From Candidatus Latescibacterota bacterium (lineage in GTDB: Bacteria > Latescibacterota > UBA2968), in the NCBI GenBank assembly GCA_965208125.1, contig OZ242320.1:3968001-4032000 (forward strand): a stretch of 64,000 bases of DNA, given 5' to 3'. The notes under the pieces are model-generated. The model was not told the DNA's origin. It saw only the letters and a program-made list of their open reading frames with translations, and ran no database searches. Made by a program: the position numbers and the translations under genes. Positions 9,504-19,755 of the stretch are shown here, in pieces. Positions within the stretch are counted from its first letter, which is position 1. Each line of letters starts with the position of its first letter.

Positions 9504-10772
9504 ATGGACAATTCCACAACTCATCGGGAGCACAAAATGATTATTCGCGATCCCGTTCACGGCGATATGTCTTTTAATGAATCCGAGCGCCGGGTTATGG
9601 ACACGCGACAAATGCAACGCCTGCGCGGCGTGCGACAAACAGGATCGGCATATCTGGTTTATCCTGGCTGTGTACACACGCGATTTGAACACTCGCTGGG
9701 AACAACGGCGATGTCGCGTCGCATGCTTGATGTTTTGAGACGTGGCGGCGCGCAAATTGATCCCGAACAGGCCGATGCGGTCGCGCTGGCCGCACTGGTT
9801 CACGACATTTCGCACTTGCCCTTTGGACATACGTTTGAAGATGAACGCAAGCTTTTTCCTCGCCACGACACAGCCGCTCGCATGAAACATTTTCTGACGC
9901 AAACAGAAATCGCGCAAGCACTCGATGCTTCGGGCCTACGCGATACGGTGGTTTCTCTGCTTACGGATAAATCGTTTTCACCGACGTGGATGCAGCAGAT
10001 TGTGTCCAGCACCATCGATGCCGATTTGCTCGATTATTTGCGTCGCGATGCGTATTTTGCAGGCCTGCGCCAGGATTATGACGACCGAATTTTTAGTACC
10101 TTTATGCTTGCCGATGAAAATCTCGCGATTGATGTGACCCGTCTCAGCACGCGCACCGAGTTGCTGCATTTGCTGCGGTTGCGCTATTTTCTCACCGAGC
10201 GCGTTTATTATCACCATGCCAAGGTATCGTCGGGTGCTATGATCGCCAAAGCCGTTGAGATCGCCACCGAACACGGTCTTGCCGAAACCGATCTGTACAC
10301 TTTGACGGACGATGCCCTTTTTCGCCATTTGCTCAGCTATGAAGACCCGCGCATTGACCGTTTGATCAACGGCGTTTGCGAACGGCGTTTGCTCAAACGC
10401 GCCTATATGATTTCGACTGCCGAAGTGGGGCGCCGAGGGCGCGATGAGTTGATTGCCACCTACAATCGATCTGTCGAGAGTAGGCAGCAGATCGAGCGAC
10501 GAATCGCCGATGCTGTGACCATTAACCCCGATCAGGTTATTCTCTATTGTCCAGATATCTCGGCCATCAAAGAAGCGCGCGTGCGCGTTGTTACGCGAAA
10601 TGGCTTGAGCCGTCTGAACGATCCGCCCGACAATCCGCCTTTTGATGTAAAGGTCGTGGAAGACCAATATGAACGACTCTGGAAATTCTACATTTTTGCA
10701 CCCGAAGGTTATAGAGAGCGCGTTGGAAAAGTGAGTGAGCGCGTATTTGGCGAACCAAACGCGCTGGTTTAA
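9504..10772 (+). CDS. HD-domain phosphohydrolase (SAMHD1/YdhJ-like dNTP triphosphohydrolase family)
   Basis: IRDPVHG, QRLR, HTRFEHSLG, HDISHLPFGH, DADLLDYLRRD, VYYH. Confidence 0.9.
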   Translation: MDNSTTHREHKMIIRDPVHGDMSFNESERRVMDTRQMQRLRGVRQTGSAYLVYPGCVHTRFEHSLGTTAMSRRMLDVLRRGGAQIDPEQADAVALAALVHDISHLPFGHTFEDERKLFPRHDTAARMKHFLTQTEIAQALDASGLRDTVVSLLTDKSFSPTWMQQIVSSTIDADLLDYLRRDAYFAGLRQDYDDRIFSTFMLADENLAIDVTRLSTRTELLHLLRLRYFLTERVYYHHAKVSSGAMIAKAVEIATEHGLAETDLYTLTDDALFRHLLSYEDPRIDRLINGVCERRLLKRAYMISTAEVGRRGRDELIATYNRSVESRQQIERRIADAVTINPDQVILYCPDISAIKEARVRVVTRNGLSRLNDPPDNPPFDVKVVEDQYERLWKFYIFAPEGYRERVGKVSERVFGEPNALV

Positions 10773-10776
10773 AAGC

Positions 10777-10832
10777 GTGAGACGTAAGACGTGAGAGAGG
10801 GAAGGGGGGTCCTCTCACCTCTTGCGTCTCAC
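10777..10832. terminator. Long imperfect hairpin between convergent genes
   Basis: GTGAGACGTAAGACGTGAGAG ... CTCTCACCTCTTGCGTCTCAC. Confidence 0.55.
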
Positions 10833-11347
10833 ATCTCACTGATTTTCCGTTGTGATCGGTGTTTGACGCGATCGAATAACGGCATATCTGCCCGTCCTGT
10901 GCGTTCCATCTTCCTGTGGCATGAAGGGCACAGGCTGATCAGATTGCTCAGTTGATTGGCCTCTTTTGGCGAGTCGAAAAGCCGGTACGGTATTTTGTGA
11001 TGCACATCCATCTGACGTCCGAGCGCGTCTTCTGTAATCCCGCAAGAAGCGCAGCAAAACCCATCGCGCACGCGCGCCTTGCTCGCCTGTATTTTCCAAT
11101 TTCCCCCGCGATACTCTGGGCGGCCTTCCAGCACGAGTTCAAAATCCTCGTCAGATTCCCAATGGGTTCTGCACTTATTGCTGCAAAATAGGGAACTCAT
11201 GCCCTTTTCAACATACCAGCGCGGCTGGATAAATCGCTTGCTACATTGCATACATCTCACGGCGATCTCGTCTTCGCGCCGAACTTTTTGTTCCTCTCCA
11301 AAGGGCAGACGCATTTGCGGCGATGATAGATGCTTTTTTAAGTTCAT
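10829..11347 (-). CDS. HNH endonuclease domain protein with N-terminal Cys zinc finger
   Basis: CMQC/FCSNKC; RDGFCCASCG...DVHHK...NLISLCPSCH. Confidence 0.85.
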   Translation of the reverse strand: MNLKKHLSSPQMRLPFGEEQKVRREDEIAVRCMQCSKRFIQPRWYVEKGMSSLFCSNKCRTHWESDEDFELVLEGRPEYRGGNWKIQASKARVRDGFCCASCGITEDALGRQMDVHHKIPYRLFDSPKEANQLSNLISLCPSCHRKMERTGRADMPLFDRVKHRSQRKISEM

Positions 11348-11521
11348 CGTTTTAAATCCTCACCCAGTTATATGACCACAAATAGCGAGCTCACGATCCA
11401 AATATAGGTTGGAATAAATTACAAGTCCATAGAAAGAATAGATTGTGCCCCACGTAGAGATTGGATATTGTATCTGAATTTATTATAATTATCCGCACTT
11501 ATACCTGAACAGGAGAAACCC

Positions 11522-13900
11522 GTGTTTAAGAATTATATCACAATCGCGATCCGCAATTTTTTGGGACAAAAAACCCATTCCCTGATCAATATTGCGGGGC
11601 TTTCCGTGGGCTTGACCTGTAGTTTTTTAATTTTTATGTGGATTGCCCACGAACTCAGCTACGATCAATTCCATGTGGAAGGCGACCGAATCTACCGCTT
11701 CATGCGACATCATCACGGCATGAATAAGATCTCGACGTTGTCTTCTATCCCGCAGCCGAGTGCCAAATTGCTGGAAGAGCGATATCCCGAAGTTACCGAG
11801 ACCGTGCTTGTGACCTGGACTCAGCCCATACTTTTGACACAGGGGAAACAGACTTTTCGGGAGCGCGGATATCACGCTGGACCGGCTTTTTTTAAGATTT
11901 TCACCTTTCCCCTCATCCTGGGCGATCCCGAAACCGCGCTTGCGGAACCGAATAATATCGCCATCTCAGAGCGACTGGCCGAGAAGTATTTTGGAGAGGA
12001 TTGGCGAAGTATTGCGATGGGGCAGATATTTGTGGTGAATAGTACGCACGCGCTGATGCAATACGATAACAAAAGTTTTAAGGTGGCCGGGGTTTATGAA
12101 AACATGCCCGTAAATTCGAGGCAAAGATATGACTGTATTTTGCCAATGGCATCTTATCTGGCCAATAAACGCGGTTTTTCTCAGTGGACGGTGAATCACC
12201 TTCGGCTATACGTTCAGTTGCAAAAGGATGTCAATATCGATCAATTCAATGTCAAGATAAAAAATATTATTAAGGAGAATGATAAGACGGTTACAAGCGA
12301 TGCTTTTTTACAACCCTATCAGGATATGCATCTGTATTCCGACTACAGGAATGGCAAACTGGTCGGTGGTCGGATTGACTATGTGCGTATGTTTATTGTC
12401 GTGGCTGTGTTCATCATCCTGATCGCGAGTATCAACTTTATGAATTTATCGACTGCGCGTTCTACACAACGCGCCCGGGAAATTGGGATTCGCAAGGTTG
12501 CTGGGGCACATAAAACAATTCTAATTGGGCAGTTTATGGGAGAGTCTCTCATGATGACCATGTTCGCTGCTATTCTGGCTCTGGTCATGGTCATTTTGGC
12601 TTTGCCGTCGTTTAGCGATTTGATTAATCAGACGCTCACGACGGATCTTTTCAGTATCGAGATTCTTCTCATTTTTTTTGGCATTGCGATTGTAACCGGG
12701 TTGCTCGCGGGAAGCTATCCCGCTTTTTTCCTGTCCAATTTTAATCCCGTCGTTGTTTTGCGCGGTACCTTTACACCGGGGTCGGGTTCGAGTCAGTTGC
12801 GCCGGGTGCTGGTGGTGTTCCAATTTGGTCTTTCTATTTTGCTCATTATCGGTACGCTGACGGTTTATGAGCAGATTGCGTATATGCGGAATAAAGATCT
12901 GGGAATTGACCGCGATAATCTGGTGTATATGCGGTTGGAGGGGGCAGCTAAGAGGCAGTATGAGGCTTTCAGACACGAACTTTTGCGACAGCCCGGCATT
13001 GTCGGTGTGACCAGTACCGCACACAATCCACTCAGGGTAACGAGTACCGGGACAAATGCCATGTGGGCGGGGCGAGATCCCAATTCAGAACATATTTTCC
13101 ACAGGTTACAGGCCAACTACGATGTGGTCAATACCCTGCAAATGGAGCTTGTTCACGGGCGCGAATTTTCCAGAGATTTTCCCGGCGATCTCAGAAGTTT
13201 TATGGTGAATGAAGAAATGGCCCGGGTTATGGGTATGGAAAACCCGGTTGGCACCCGTCTGCGGTTTGGTCGCGAAGGTCCAATTATTGGTGTAGTTAAA
13301 AATTTTCATTTTCAATCACTGTACACTGCTATCGAACCGCTGATTATTCTTTTAAGTCCCACCCGGACAGAGTATTTGTTTGTTCGTATTGCCGCGGGAC
13401 AAACGGCTGAGGCTATTGCAGGTATTGAGAGGGTATTTAAAAAATTCAATAATCGTCCTTTTGCATTTTCTTTTCAGGACGAACAGTTTGAAAGCATGTA
13501 TCGCACCGAAAGCACAATGGGTACTCTGGCCACTTTTTTTGCAATTTTCGCCATTTTTATTTCTTGCCTGGGGCTGTTTGGCCTGGCGTCCTATACCGCC
13601 GAACAACGCACTAAGGAAATCGGTATTAGAAAAATTCTCGGCGCGTCTATCCCCAATCTCGTCATTCTGCTTTCCAAAGAGTTTATCAGGCTGGTTGTCA
13701 TCTCCTTTGCGCTGGCCGCTCCGCTGGCCTATCACTTTATGACCGAGTGGTTAAATGATTTTGCCTACCACACATCTCTGGGCTGGCGCGTCTTTGTTTT
13801 CGCTGGCATCCTGTCTCTGATTATCGCCTGCCTTACCGTGAGCTATCAAGCGATCAAAGTCGCCATGGCCAATCCCGTTGAGTCGTTGCGGTACGAGTGA
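11522..13900 (+). CDS. ABC transporter permease, duplicated MacB/FtsX type
   Basis: MFKNYITIAIRN, INFMNLSTARS...EIGIRK, C-terminal NPVESLRYE. Confidence 0.93.
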   Translation: MFKNYITIAIRNFLGQKTHSLINIAGLSVGLTCSFLIFMWIAHELSYDQFHVEGDRIYRFMRHHHGMNKISTLSSIPQPSAKLLEERYPEVTETVLVTWTQPILLTQGKQTFRERGYHAGPAFFKIFTFPLILGDPETALAEPNNIAISERLAEKYFGEDWRSIAMGQIFVVNSTHALMQYDNKSFKVAGVYENMPVNSRQRYDCILPMASYLANKRGFSQWTVNHLRLYVQLQKDVNIDQFNVKIKNIIKENDKTVTSDAFLQPYQDMHLYSDYRNGKLVGGRIDYVRMFIVVAVFIILIASINFMNLSTARSTQRAREIGIRKVAGAHKTILIGQFMGESLMMTMFAAILALVMVILALPSFSDLINQTLTTDLFSIEILLIFFGIAIVTGLLAGSYPAFFLSNFNPVVVLRGTFTPGSGSSQLRRVLVVFQFGLSILLIIGTLTVYEQIAYMRNKDLGIDRDNLVYMRLEGAAKRQYEAFRHELLRQPGIVGVTSTAHNPLRVTSTGTNAMWAGRDPNSEHIFHRLQANYDVVNTLQMELVHGREFSRDFPGDLRSFMVNEEMARVMGMENPVGTRLRFGREGPIIGVVKNFHFQSLYTAIEPLIILLSPTRTEYLFVRIAAGQTAEAIAGIERVFKKFNNRPFAFSFQDEQFESMYRTESTMGTLATFFAIFAIFISCLGLFGLASYTAEQRTKEIGIRKILGASIPNLVILLSKEFIRLVVISFALAAPLAYHFMTEWLNDFAYHTSLGWRVFVFAGILSLIIACLTVSYQAIKVAMANPVESLRYE

Positions 13901-13927
13901 GACTTAACTGTATAATGAGGATAATCT

Positions 13928-14704
13928 ATGGAATCTCTGACCCTGCTTTCGGGCCATGCAATGCCTGTTGTCGGTCTCGGTACCTGGCCGATGAGAGGCA
14001 ATCAATGTAAAGAGGTCATCAAACAGGCTCTCGAATTGGGCTATACGCACTTCGATACGGCCTGGATATACCAGAACCAGCGCGAAATCGGCGAAGCCCT
14101 CCGAGAGGCAGGTGCTGATCGTTCGCAACTGTTCATTACTTCTAAAGTTGGTAGAGATTATCTGCAATATGACGTCGCGATAAAACAAGCCGACGATATT
14201 CTCGAATATCTCCAGATGGACTACGTGGATTTGTTGCTCGTCCACTGGCCCAACGAAGCCGTGCCTATGGAGGGAACCATTCGCGCTTTCAACGAGTTTT
14301 TCGATGCGGGAAAAGCGAGAAGTATTGGGGTTAGCAACTTTTCGGTCGAACAAATGGAACGCGCCCGTTCTCTCTCCGCAGCACCTATCAGTGTCAACCA
14401 GATCAAATACCATCCGGGCTACGAACAGCGAGATGTTCTGCAATGGTGCCTGGAAAACGATGTGGTGGTGACTGCGTATTCCCCTCTGGGGAAGAAGGGT
14501 ATTCTTCGGGATTCCGTATTGCTGGACATCGCCCGCGTCCACGGCAAGACCTCTGCACATGTCGCTCTCAAGTGGTTGGTGCAAAAAGGCATGATCGTTA
14601 TTCCCAAAGCGAGTTCCAGAGCACATCTCCAGGCGAATCTCGATGTTTTTGATTGGTCCTTATCTGAAAGCGAGATGCAGTCCATTGACCTCATAGCGGG
14701 GTAA
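13928..14704 (+). CDS. Aldo/keto reductase
   Basis: GLGTW, DTAWIY, TSK, LLVHWP, IGVSNF, IPKAS. Confidence 0.95.
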   Translation: MESLTLLSGHAMPVVGLGTWPMRGNQCKEVIKQALELGYTHFDTAWIYQNQREIGEALREAGADRSQLFITSKVGRDYLQYDVAIKQADDILEYLQMDYVDLLLVHWPNEAVPMEGTIRAFNEFFDAGKARSIGVSNFSVEQMERARSLSAAPISVNQIKYHPGYEQRDVLQWCLENDVVVTAYSPLGKKGILRDSVLLDIARVHGKTSAHVALKWLVQKGMIVIPKASSRAHLQANLDVFDWSLSESEMQSIDLIAG

Positions 14705-14709
14705 ACGAA

Positions 14710-16344
14710 ATGAATGAGAAAAACAGGCCCAATGTCGTTCTTATCATTACGGACGATCAGGGGTACGGAACTGTGGAGGTGCATGGGAATGATCAGGTCA
14801 GGACGCCCAATATGGATCGTTTGGCCAATGAAGGGGTAGCGTTTGACCGTTTCTACGGGCATCCGCTTTGTTCGCCTTCTCGAGCCGCATTGATGACGGG
14901 GCGGTATTTCTATCGAACCGGAATTCTACACACGTCCCGAGGGGGTGCATTAATGTCGGGCGATGAGGTCACTGCCGCCGAGCTGTTTCGAGATGCCGGG
15001 TACCGCACCGGGATTTTCGGGAAGTGGCATCTCGGTGACAATTACCCAATGAGGCCAATGGACCAGGGATTTGAGAAAGCCGTGTGGCACAAAGGTGGAG
15101 GGATCGGGCAAACCCCCGTAAGGCCAAATAGCTACTTTAACTCACTTTTGTGGCGAGAGGGGGAAGAGTTCCAGGCGAAAGGGTACTGCACGGATGTCTT
15201 CTTTGACGAGGCCCTCGCGTTCATCGAAGAACATCAAAGCGAGCCCTTTTTCATCTACATTCCGACAAACGCGCCGCACGATCCTCTCGAGATCAGTGAC
15301 GAATATGCAGATCCCTATCGCGAGATGGGGCTGGATGACAGCGTCGCACGAATCTATGGGATGGTCGAGAATATCGATGACAATATTGGGCGACTTATGG
15401 AACTGCTGGAACGTCTTGGTCTGGATGAGGATACAATCATCATCTTTACATCCGACCACGGTCCCGCGGGCGGCAGGTACAATGCCGGACTCAGATCCAC
15501 AAAAGGAGACGTGTACGAAGGCGGGATTCGCGTTCCGTATTTCATGAGGTGGCCGAAAGGGATACCGGCTGGTTTCAAAACCGACAAGATTGCCTCACAC
15601 ATCGATGTTCTGCCCACTTTGTTGTCGCTTTGTAACGTGGATTTTCCCTCTGATCTCAGGATGGATGGCGTGGATCTGACGCCGCTGATTCGAGGTCATG
15701 AAGTGGAATGGCTTGATCGCACACTTTTCATTCAGACACACCGGGGGAGCCATCCGCGACAGTACCACAACTGTACGGCGATCACCCAGCGCTACAAGTG
15801 GTTGGGTTATCCCGGTACCGGTGGACAATGGGATTTTGAGGCTTCTTCGACAGACCCCGTGATGGAGCTGTACGATCTCGAAGATGATCCCGGCGAAGAG
15901 AAAGAGATAGGTGGTCAGATGCCCGTTCTCGTTGAGCAGATGAAGAGAGACTACGATGCCTGGTTCGACGATGTAGCTTCGGATTGGCAGGCGGGGGTCA
16001 TTCACATGGGGAATTCGGCTGAGAATCCTCTCACGCTGTGTCGATATCAGGATTCAGAATACATATCGGAACTGCCACACGGCTGGCGTGTGAAGATCGA
16101 ACAGAGCGGAACTTATGAGTTTCGAATCAACCGTGGGTCGCTAAATGGCGCAGGTGCCCTCGGGGTTCAGTGGCAGAGGGATACTCAGAGAAGCCCACTG
16201 GCTGCGGGAGAGAATACAGGACGATTCGAGCTTGAAGCGGGGGACGGCAAGCTGGAGATTTGGTTCGAGCTCGAAGACATAGGTCGCGTGACGTTTTCAA
16301 GCAATTTGACGATTGGGGATGTGGAGGTGGATTACCTGGGGTAG
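14710..16344 (+). CDS. Sulfatase (S1, formylglycine-dependent)
   Basis: PNVVLIITDD, CSPSRAALMTGR, GKWHLG, YEGGIRVP. Confidence 0.95.
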   Translation: MNEKNRPNVVLIITDDQGYGTVEVHGNDQVRTPNMDRLANEGVAFDRFYGHPLCSPSRAALMTGRYFYRTGILHTSRGGALMSGDEVTAAELFRDAGYRTGIFGKWHLGDNYPMRPMDQGFEKAVWHKGGGIGQTPVRPNSYFNSLLWREGEEFQAKGYCTDVFFDEALAFIEEHQSEPFFIYIPTNAPHDPLEISDEYADPYREMGLDDSVARIYGMVENIDDNIGRLMELLERLGLDEDTIIIFTSDHGPAGGRYNAGLRSTKGDVYEGGIRVPYFMRWPKGIPAGFKTDKIASHIDVLPTLLSLCNVDFPSDLRMDGVDLTPLIRGHEVEWLDRTLFIQTHRGSHPRQYHNCTAITQRYKWLGYPGTGGQWDFEASSTDPVMELYDLEDDPGEEKEIGGQMPVLVEQMKRDYDAWFDDVASDWQAGVIHMGNSAENPLTLCRYQDSEYISELPHGWRVKIEQSGTYEFRINRGSLNGAGALGVQWQRDTQRSPLAAGENTGRFELEAGDGKLEIWFELEDIGRVTFSSNLTIGDVEVDYLG

Positions 16345-16404
16345 GGATAAAACGGTGCGGAATTGTAAAGATGGATGTAAGGTGTCTATTCAAAGCTGTA
16401 ACCT

Positions 16405-16857
16405 ATGAATCTTTATAATTTGTCGATATTACGCAAAGGACAATTCCGACAGGATCTGTATGACGGATATGATAATGATGTACTGTCCAACCCACTATTG
16501 GTCTTCCAAGTCGTTGACCGCGTTACTACGGAAGGAGGCACAGTCCAAAAGATCATGGCAGGGGTAGTGTGCGATCAGACGACAGGTGAACCTCAGACTC
16601 TGCTTAAAGATTGGAAGATGTTGTCAAAGCTCAATCAGATCTCTGAAGCACGAGGAGTACGTAGAAGTGAGGGGGCCAGATCGCCAGAGGATTTAGGCGT
16701 TATTGAAGCCGCAGTTAGCAATGGATTTGGTTTTGTCGAGCGACAGCTAGGTACTTTGGGTGTGCGGTTCAATGTGCCAGATGTGGAAATTATGGCTGTT
16801 TTTTGGCCAGGGATGTCAGAGGATCAGCCGCCAATAGAGACAATGTGCCTATTTTAG
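16405..16857 (+). CDS. Hypothetical protein
   Basis: 150-aa ORF with no recognised motif; may be a gene fragment. Confidence 0.45.
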   Translation: MNLYNLSILRKGQFRQDLYDGYDNDVLSNPLLVFQVVDRVTTEGGTVQKIMAGVVCDQTTGEPQTLLKDWKMLSKLNQISEARGVRRSEGARSPEDLGVIEAAVSNGFGFVERQLGTLGVRFNVPDVEIMAVFWPGMSEDQPPIETMCLF

Positions 16858-17084
16858 TTAAAATAGAAGAGATTCCATATAAATCCATATAAATTACTAA
16901 AGTTTGGGCAATAGCGTAATAAGCGACAGCTTTGGTATAAGTATTCGAGCTATGTTGCGGTATATATTGCGAGTTTTTGTTAAAAATAAAAACTCGCAGC
17001 ATAAATCTGGTGTCTCCTGCGCCATCTCAGATAGATGGCAACCAGTCCGAGAGTCCATTGAGTAGACGGATACTAGTGACGTGA

Positions 17085-17303
17085 GTTAGTGAACGTACAC
17101 CGCCGATTTTGTTTTTTTGAGAAAATTCAGTCCGAACGCTTGATACCATTCGAGAACGTATGAATGACCTTGGTGTGCCAAATGAGGCTCTAACACTTAC
17201 AGGTGGGATTCACGGTACGTGGAATTGGCTGCCGTGGTTTGATGTGACAATGATTCAGGTGGATCGGTTTTTGCAACGAACATGGAAGACAATAGAGAAA
17301 TGA
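17085..17303 (+). pseudogene. Remnant resembling the C-terminus of an alpha/beta hydrolase
   Basis: VSERTPPILFF*...MNDLGVPNEALTLTGGIHGTWNWLPWFD; its stop overlaps the ATG at 17300 (ATGA). Confidence 0.4.
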
Positions 17304-18415
17304 CTGATGGAACAGAGAAGCCACTAAGTGTAGCAATGAAACGGCATCGGTGTGATGATAGTGAGAATGAGTTATATACGCGTTTTCGTTATTCTCCTGT
17401 CGAAGGGCTTGGTTACGAGCCTGGTGTTGGGCGAAGAGATCCGAGTTCGATTATCAAGGTTGGCGATCTTTATTACGTCTGGTACACACATTGCACTGAT
17501 ACGAGATATAAATGGTTGAACGCAGACTTGTGGTATGCGACGAGTCCTGATGGGTATGTATGGACAGAGCTTGGTCCAGCCGTGGAGCGTGGTCCGGCAG
17601 GTGCCTGGGATGATTACAGTGTGTTTACATGTAATATTCTCGTCGCCGATGGCAGATACTATCTGGTTTATCAGGCCGAGACCATGCCCGAACGCGGTTT
17701 GGGTATCAACGTAGTGGGCATGGCAAAGGCAGACTCTCCGGATGGGCCGTGGGAGAAGTTGCCTGAGCCAGTCTTGGAAACCGCTCCTGATGGAAAATTT
17801 GAGGTGCCAGATCTCGATCAGGTGCATAAACGGAAAGTTATTAAAAAAGGGTCGTGGGATAGTGCTGCAGTTCACGATCCGGGGCTTTTGGTGCGCGATG
17901 GCAAGTACTGGCTATATTACAAAGGGCATGGAGTCGGAGATATCATGTTTGCCGATTCGAAGTGGGGCGTGGCGATTGCTGATCACCCTGAGGGCCCTTA
18001 TGAGAAACATCCGCTGAATCCAATTACAAATAGCGGGCACGAGGTCTGGGTTTGGCCCTGGAAAACAGGTGTGGCTGCAATGGTTGATTGGGCGGGTCCT
18101 GAGAAGGGATCAATTCAATACGCGGAGGATGGCTTGAACTTTGAGGTGATGGCAACGCTGGAAGATATTCCACCTGCAGGAGGGGCTTATATTCCCGATA
18201 AATTTACGGATACAAAAGATGGCAAGGGGTTTAGCTGGGGGCTGTGTCATTACGGACGGTCCGACTGGAATTTTCTGGTGCGCTTCGATTGTGATCTGGA
18301 AAGAGGACGGGAAAAACAGCTTGCCTGGTCTTATTTCCAGCACTACAGCACGATCCGCGATGTGATGATTAATCCAGAAAGGTTCAATGTGCCACCAGAG
18401 GCGTTGCTGGGATGA
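17282..18415 (+). CDS. GH117 glycoside hydrolase (alpha-1,3-(3,6-anhydro)-L-galactosidase-like); start possibly 17300
   Basis: SVAMKR (SxAxxR), RRDPS, WYATSPDG, VHDP, YYKG, NPITNSGHE. Confidence 0.85.
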   Translation: MEDNREMTDGTEKPLSVAMKRHRCDDSENELYTRFRYSPVEGLGYEPGVGRRDPSSIIKVGDLYYVWYTHCTDTRYKWLNADLWYATSPDGYVWTELGPAVERGPAGAWDDYSVFTCNILVADGRYYLVYQAETMPERGLGINVVGMAKADSPDGPWEKLPEPVLETAPDGKFEVPDLDQVHKRKVIKKGSWDSAAVHDPGLLVRDGKYWLYYKGHGVGDIMFADSKWGVAIADHPEGPYEKHPLNPITNSGHEVWVWPWKTGVAAMVDWAGPEKGSIQYAEDGLNFEVMATLEDIPPAGGAYIPDKFTDTKDGKGFSWGLCHYGRSDWNFLVRFDCDLERGREKQLAWSYFQHYSTIRDVMINPERFNVPPEALLG

Positions 18416-18445
18416 TAGAATTTTGAAGCTGTAATTTATGATGAT

Positions 18446-19555
18446 ATGAGCGAAATCGTTAAGATAAGAACGCGGCTGTTCGAAGTGCCATTGGCGGAGG
18501 TGCTGGTCGATGCCAAGCATGGCGACCATAGTCACTTCGAGTTGATTACCGTGACGATAACACTGAAGGATGGGTACGAGGGAACCGGGTACACTTATAC
18601 CGGTGGTCGCGGTGGCAGGTCGATTAAAGCCATGATTGACGCGGACCTGGCTCCCAGGTTGATTGGCAGGGAAGGCACGGATGTGGAAGAGATCAACGAT
18701 TGGTGCGAATGGTATATCCATTACGTCGGTCGTGGCGGGGTTTCGTCATTTGCGATATCGGCGATCGACATCGCTCTTTGGGATATCCGCTGCAAACGCA
18801 AGGACCTGCCTTTGTGGAAAGTTTCGGGTGGGGCGGGTGCGAGTTGCAAAGCCTATGGTGGAGGTATTGATCTGAATTTTCCTCTCCCGAAACTCCTCGA
18901 TAACATCCGTCGCTATCTCAATAAGGGTTTCAATGGGGTCAAGATCAAGGTTGGGCAACCCACTCTGGATGAGGATGTAGATCGGGTCCGGGCAGTTCGA
19001 AAGCTTATTGGTCCCGATATTGCTTTCATGGTTGATGCAAACTACTCGATGAGTGTCCAGTACGCTATTGAGGCGGCTAACCGATTTAAGGCGTTCGATA
19101 TCCTGTGGTTTGAGGAACCCACGCTTCCAGATGACTATCTGGGTTATGCCGAGATTGCCGATGCTACGGGCGTGCCTCTATCGATGGGCGAGAACCTCCA
19201 TACGATACATGAATTTGGCTACGCTTTTGAACAGGCTAAGCTCTCGTATATTTTGCCAGATGCTTCCAATTGTATGGGGATTACCGGGTGGCTGAAGGTT
19301 GCCGAATTGTCGCGTGAGTATGAGATTCCAATATGCTCTCACGGCATGCAGGAGTTGCACGTCAGTCTGGTTTCTGCGCAACCCAATGCAGGTTGGATGG
19401 AATACCATAGCTTTCCAATTGACGAGTACACGAAGCGTCCGTTGAAGATCGAAAACCACCGGGCGATTGCGCCTGATGATCCAGGAATCGGCGTAGAATT
19501 TGATTGGTCCAAACTCGAACCTTATGGCGTCTCCGATTTGGTATTCGGCGAATAA
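18446..19555 (+). CDS. Enolase-superfamily enzyme, 3,6-anhydro-L-galactonate cycloisomerase-like
   Basis: [14 protein letters not shown]...[31 protein letters not shown]; closely resembles the Vibrio sp. EJY3 enzyme as I recall it. Confidence 0.8.
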   Translation: MSEIVKIRTRLFEVPLAEVLVDAKHGDHSHFELITVTITLKDGYEGTGYTYTGGRGGRSIKAMIDADLAPRLIGREGTDVEEINDWCEWYIHYVGRGGVSSFAISAIDIALWDIRCKRKDLPLWKVSGGAGASCKAYGGGIDLNFPLPKLLDNIRRYLNKGFNGVKIKVGQPTLDEDVDRVRAVRKLIGPDIAFMVDANYSMSVQYAIEAANRFKAFDILWFEEPTLPDDYLGYAEIADATGVPLSMGENLHTIHEFGYAFEQAKLSYILPDASNCMGITGWLKVAELSREYEIPICSHGMQELHVSLVSAQPNAGWMEYHSFPIDEYTKRPLKIENHRAIAPDDPGIGVEFDWSKLEPYGVSDLVFGE

Positions 19556-19645
19556 TGCCGGTTGCCATACGCGCCAGGACTGAGGATGTTGCTCAACTCG
19601 GCGAACTACGCGAAGATCCGTAACATCTCTACGATAATCCAGCAT
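19551..19645 (-). pseudogene. Degenerate copy of the 5' ~95 bp of the sialidase-like gene (22500-22595)
   Basis: MLDYRRDVTDLRVVRRVEQHPQSWRVWQP vs MQNYRGDVTDLRVVRRVEQHPQAWRVWQP. Confidence 0.85.
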
Positions 19646-19679
19646 TATCTATCTACTTGACCTGAAGGCATCCTCTTTC

Positions 19680-19708
19680 TTGACATAGTAAGATAAATAG
19701 TATAGATT
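19680..19708 (+). promoter_or_regulatory. Sigma70-like promoter
   Basis: TTGACA-17nt-TAGATT upstream of the 19756 gene. Confidence 0.5.
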
Positions 19709-19755
19709 TCTGACATCAATATCAAGAGATATTTGAATGTGAGGAATGTAGTCCA

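Noticed and set aside
9504-11347. HD phosphohydrolase plus HNH as a defence system
   Set aside because: The genes are convergent, separated by a hairpin, and sit in a housekeeping-like context with no other support
16968-16998. TGCGAGTTTTT...AAAAACTCGCA hairpin as an ncRNA or element end
   Set aside because: Isolated inverted repeat with no partner or recognisable family
19178-19645. 155-aa minus-strand ORF as a real gene
   Set aside because: Only the first ~30 codons are sialidase-derived; the rest is antisense to the cycloisomerase
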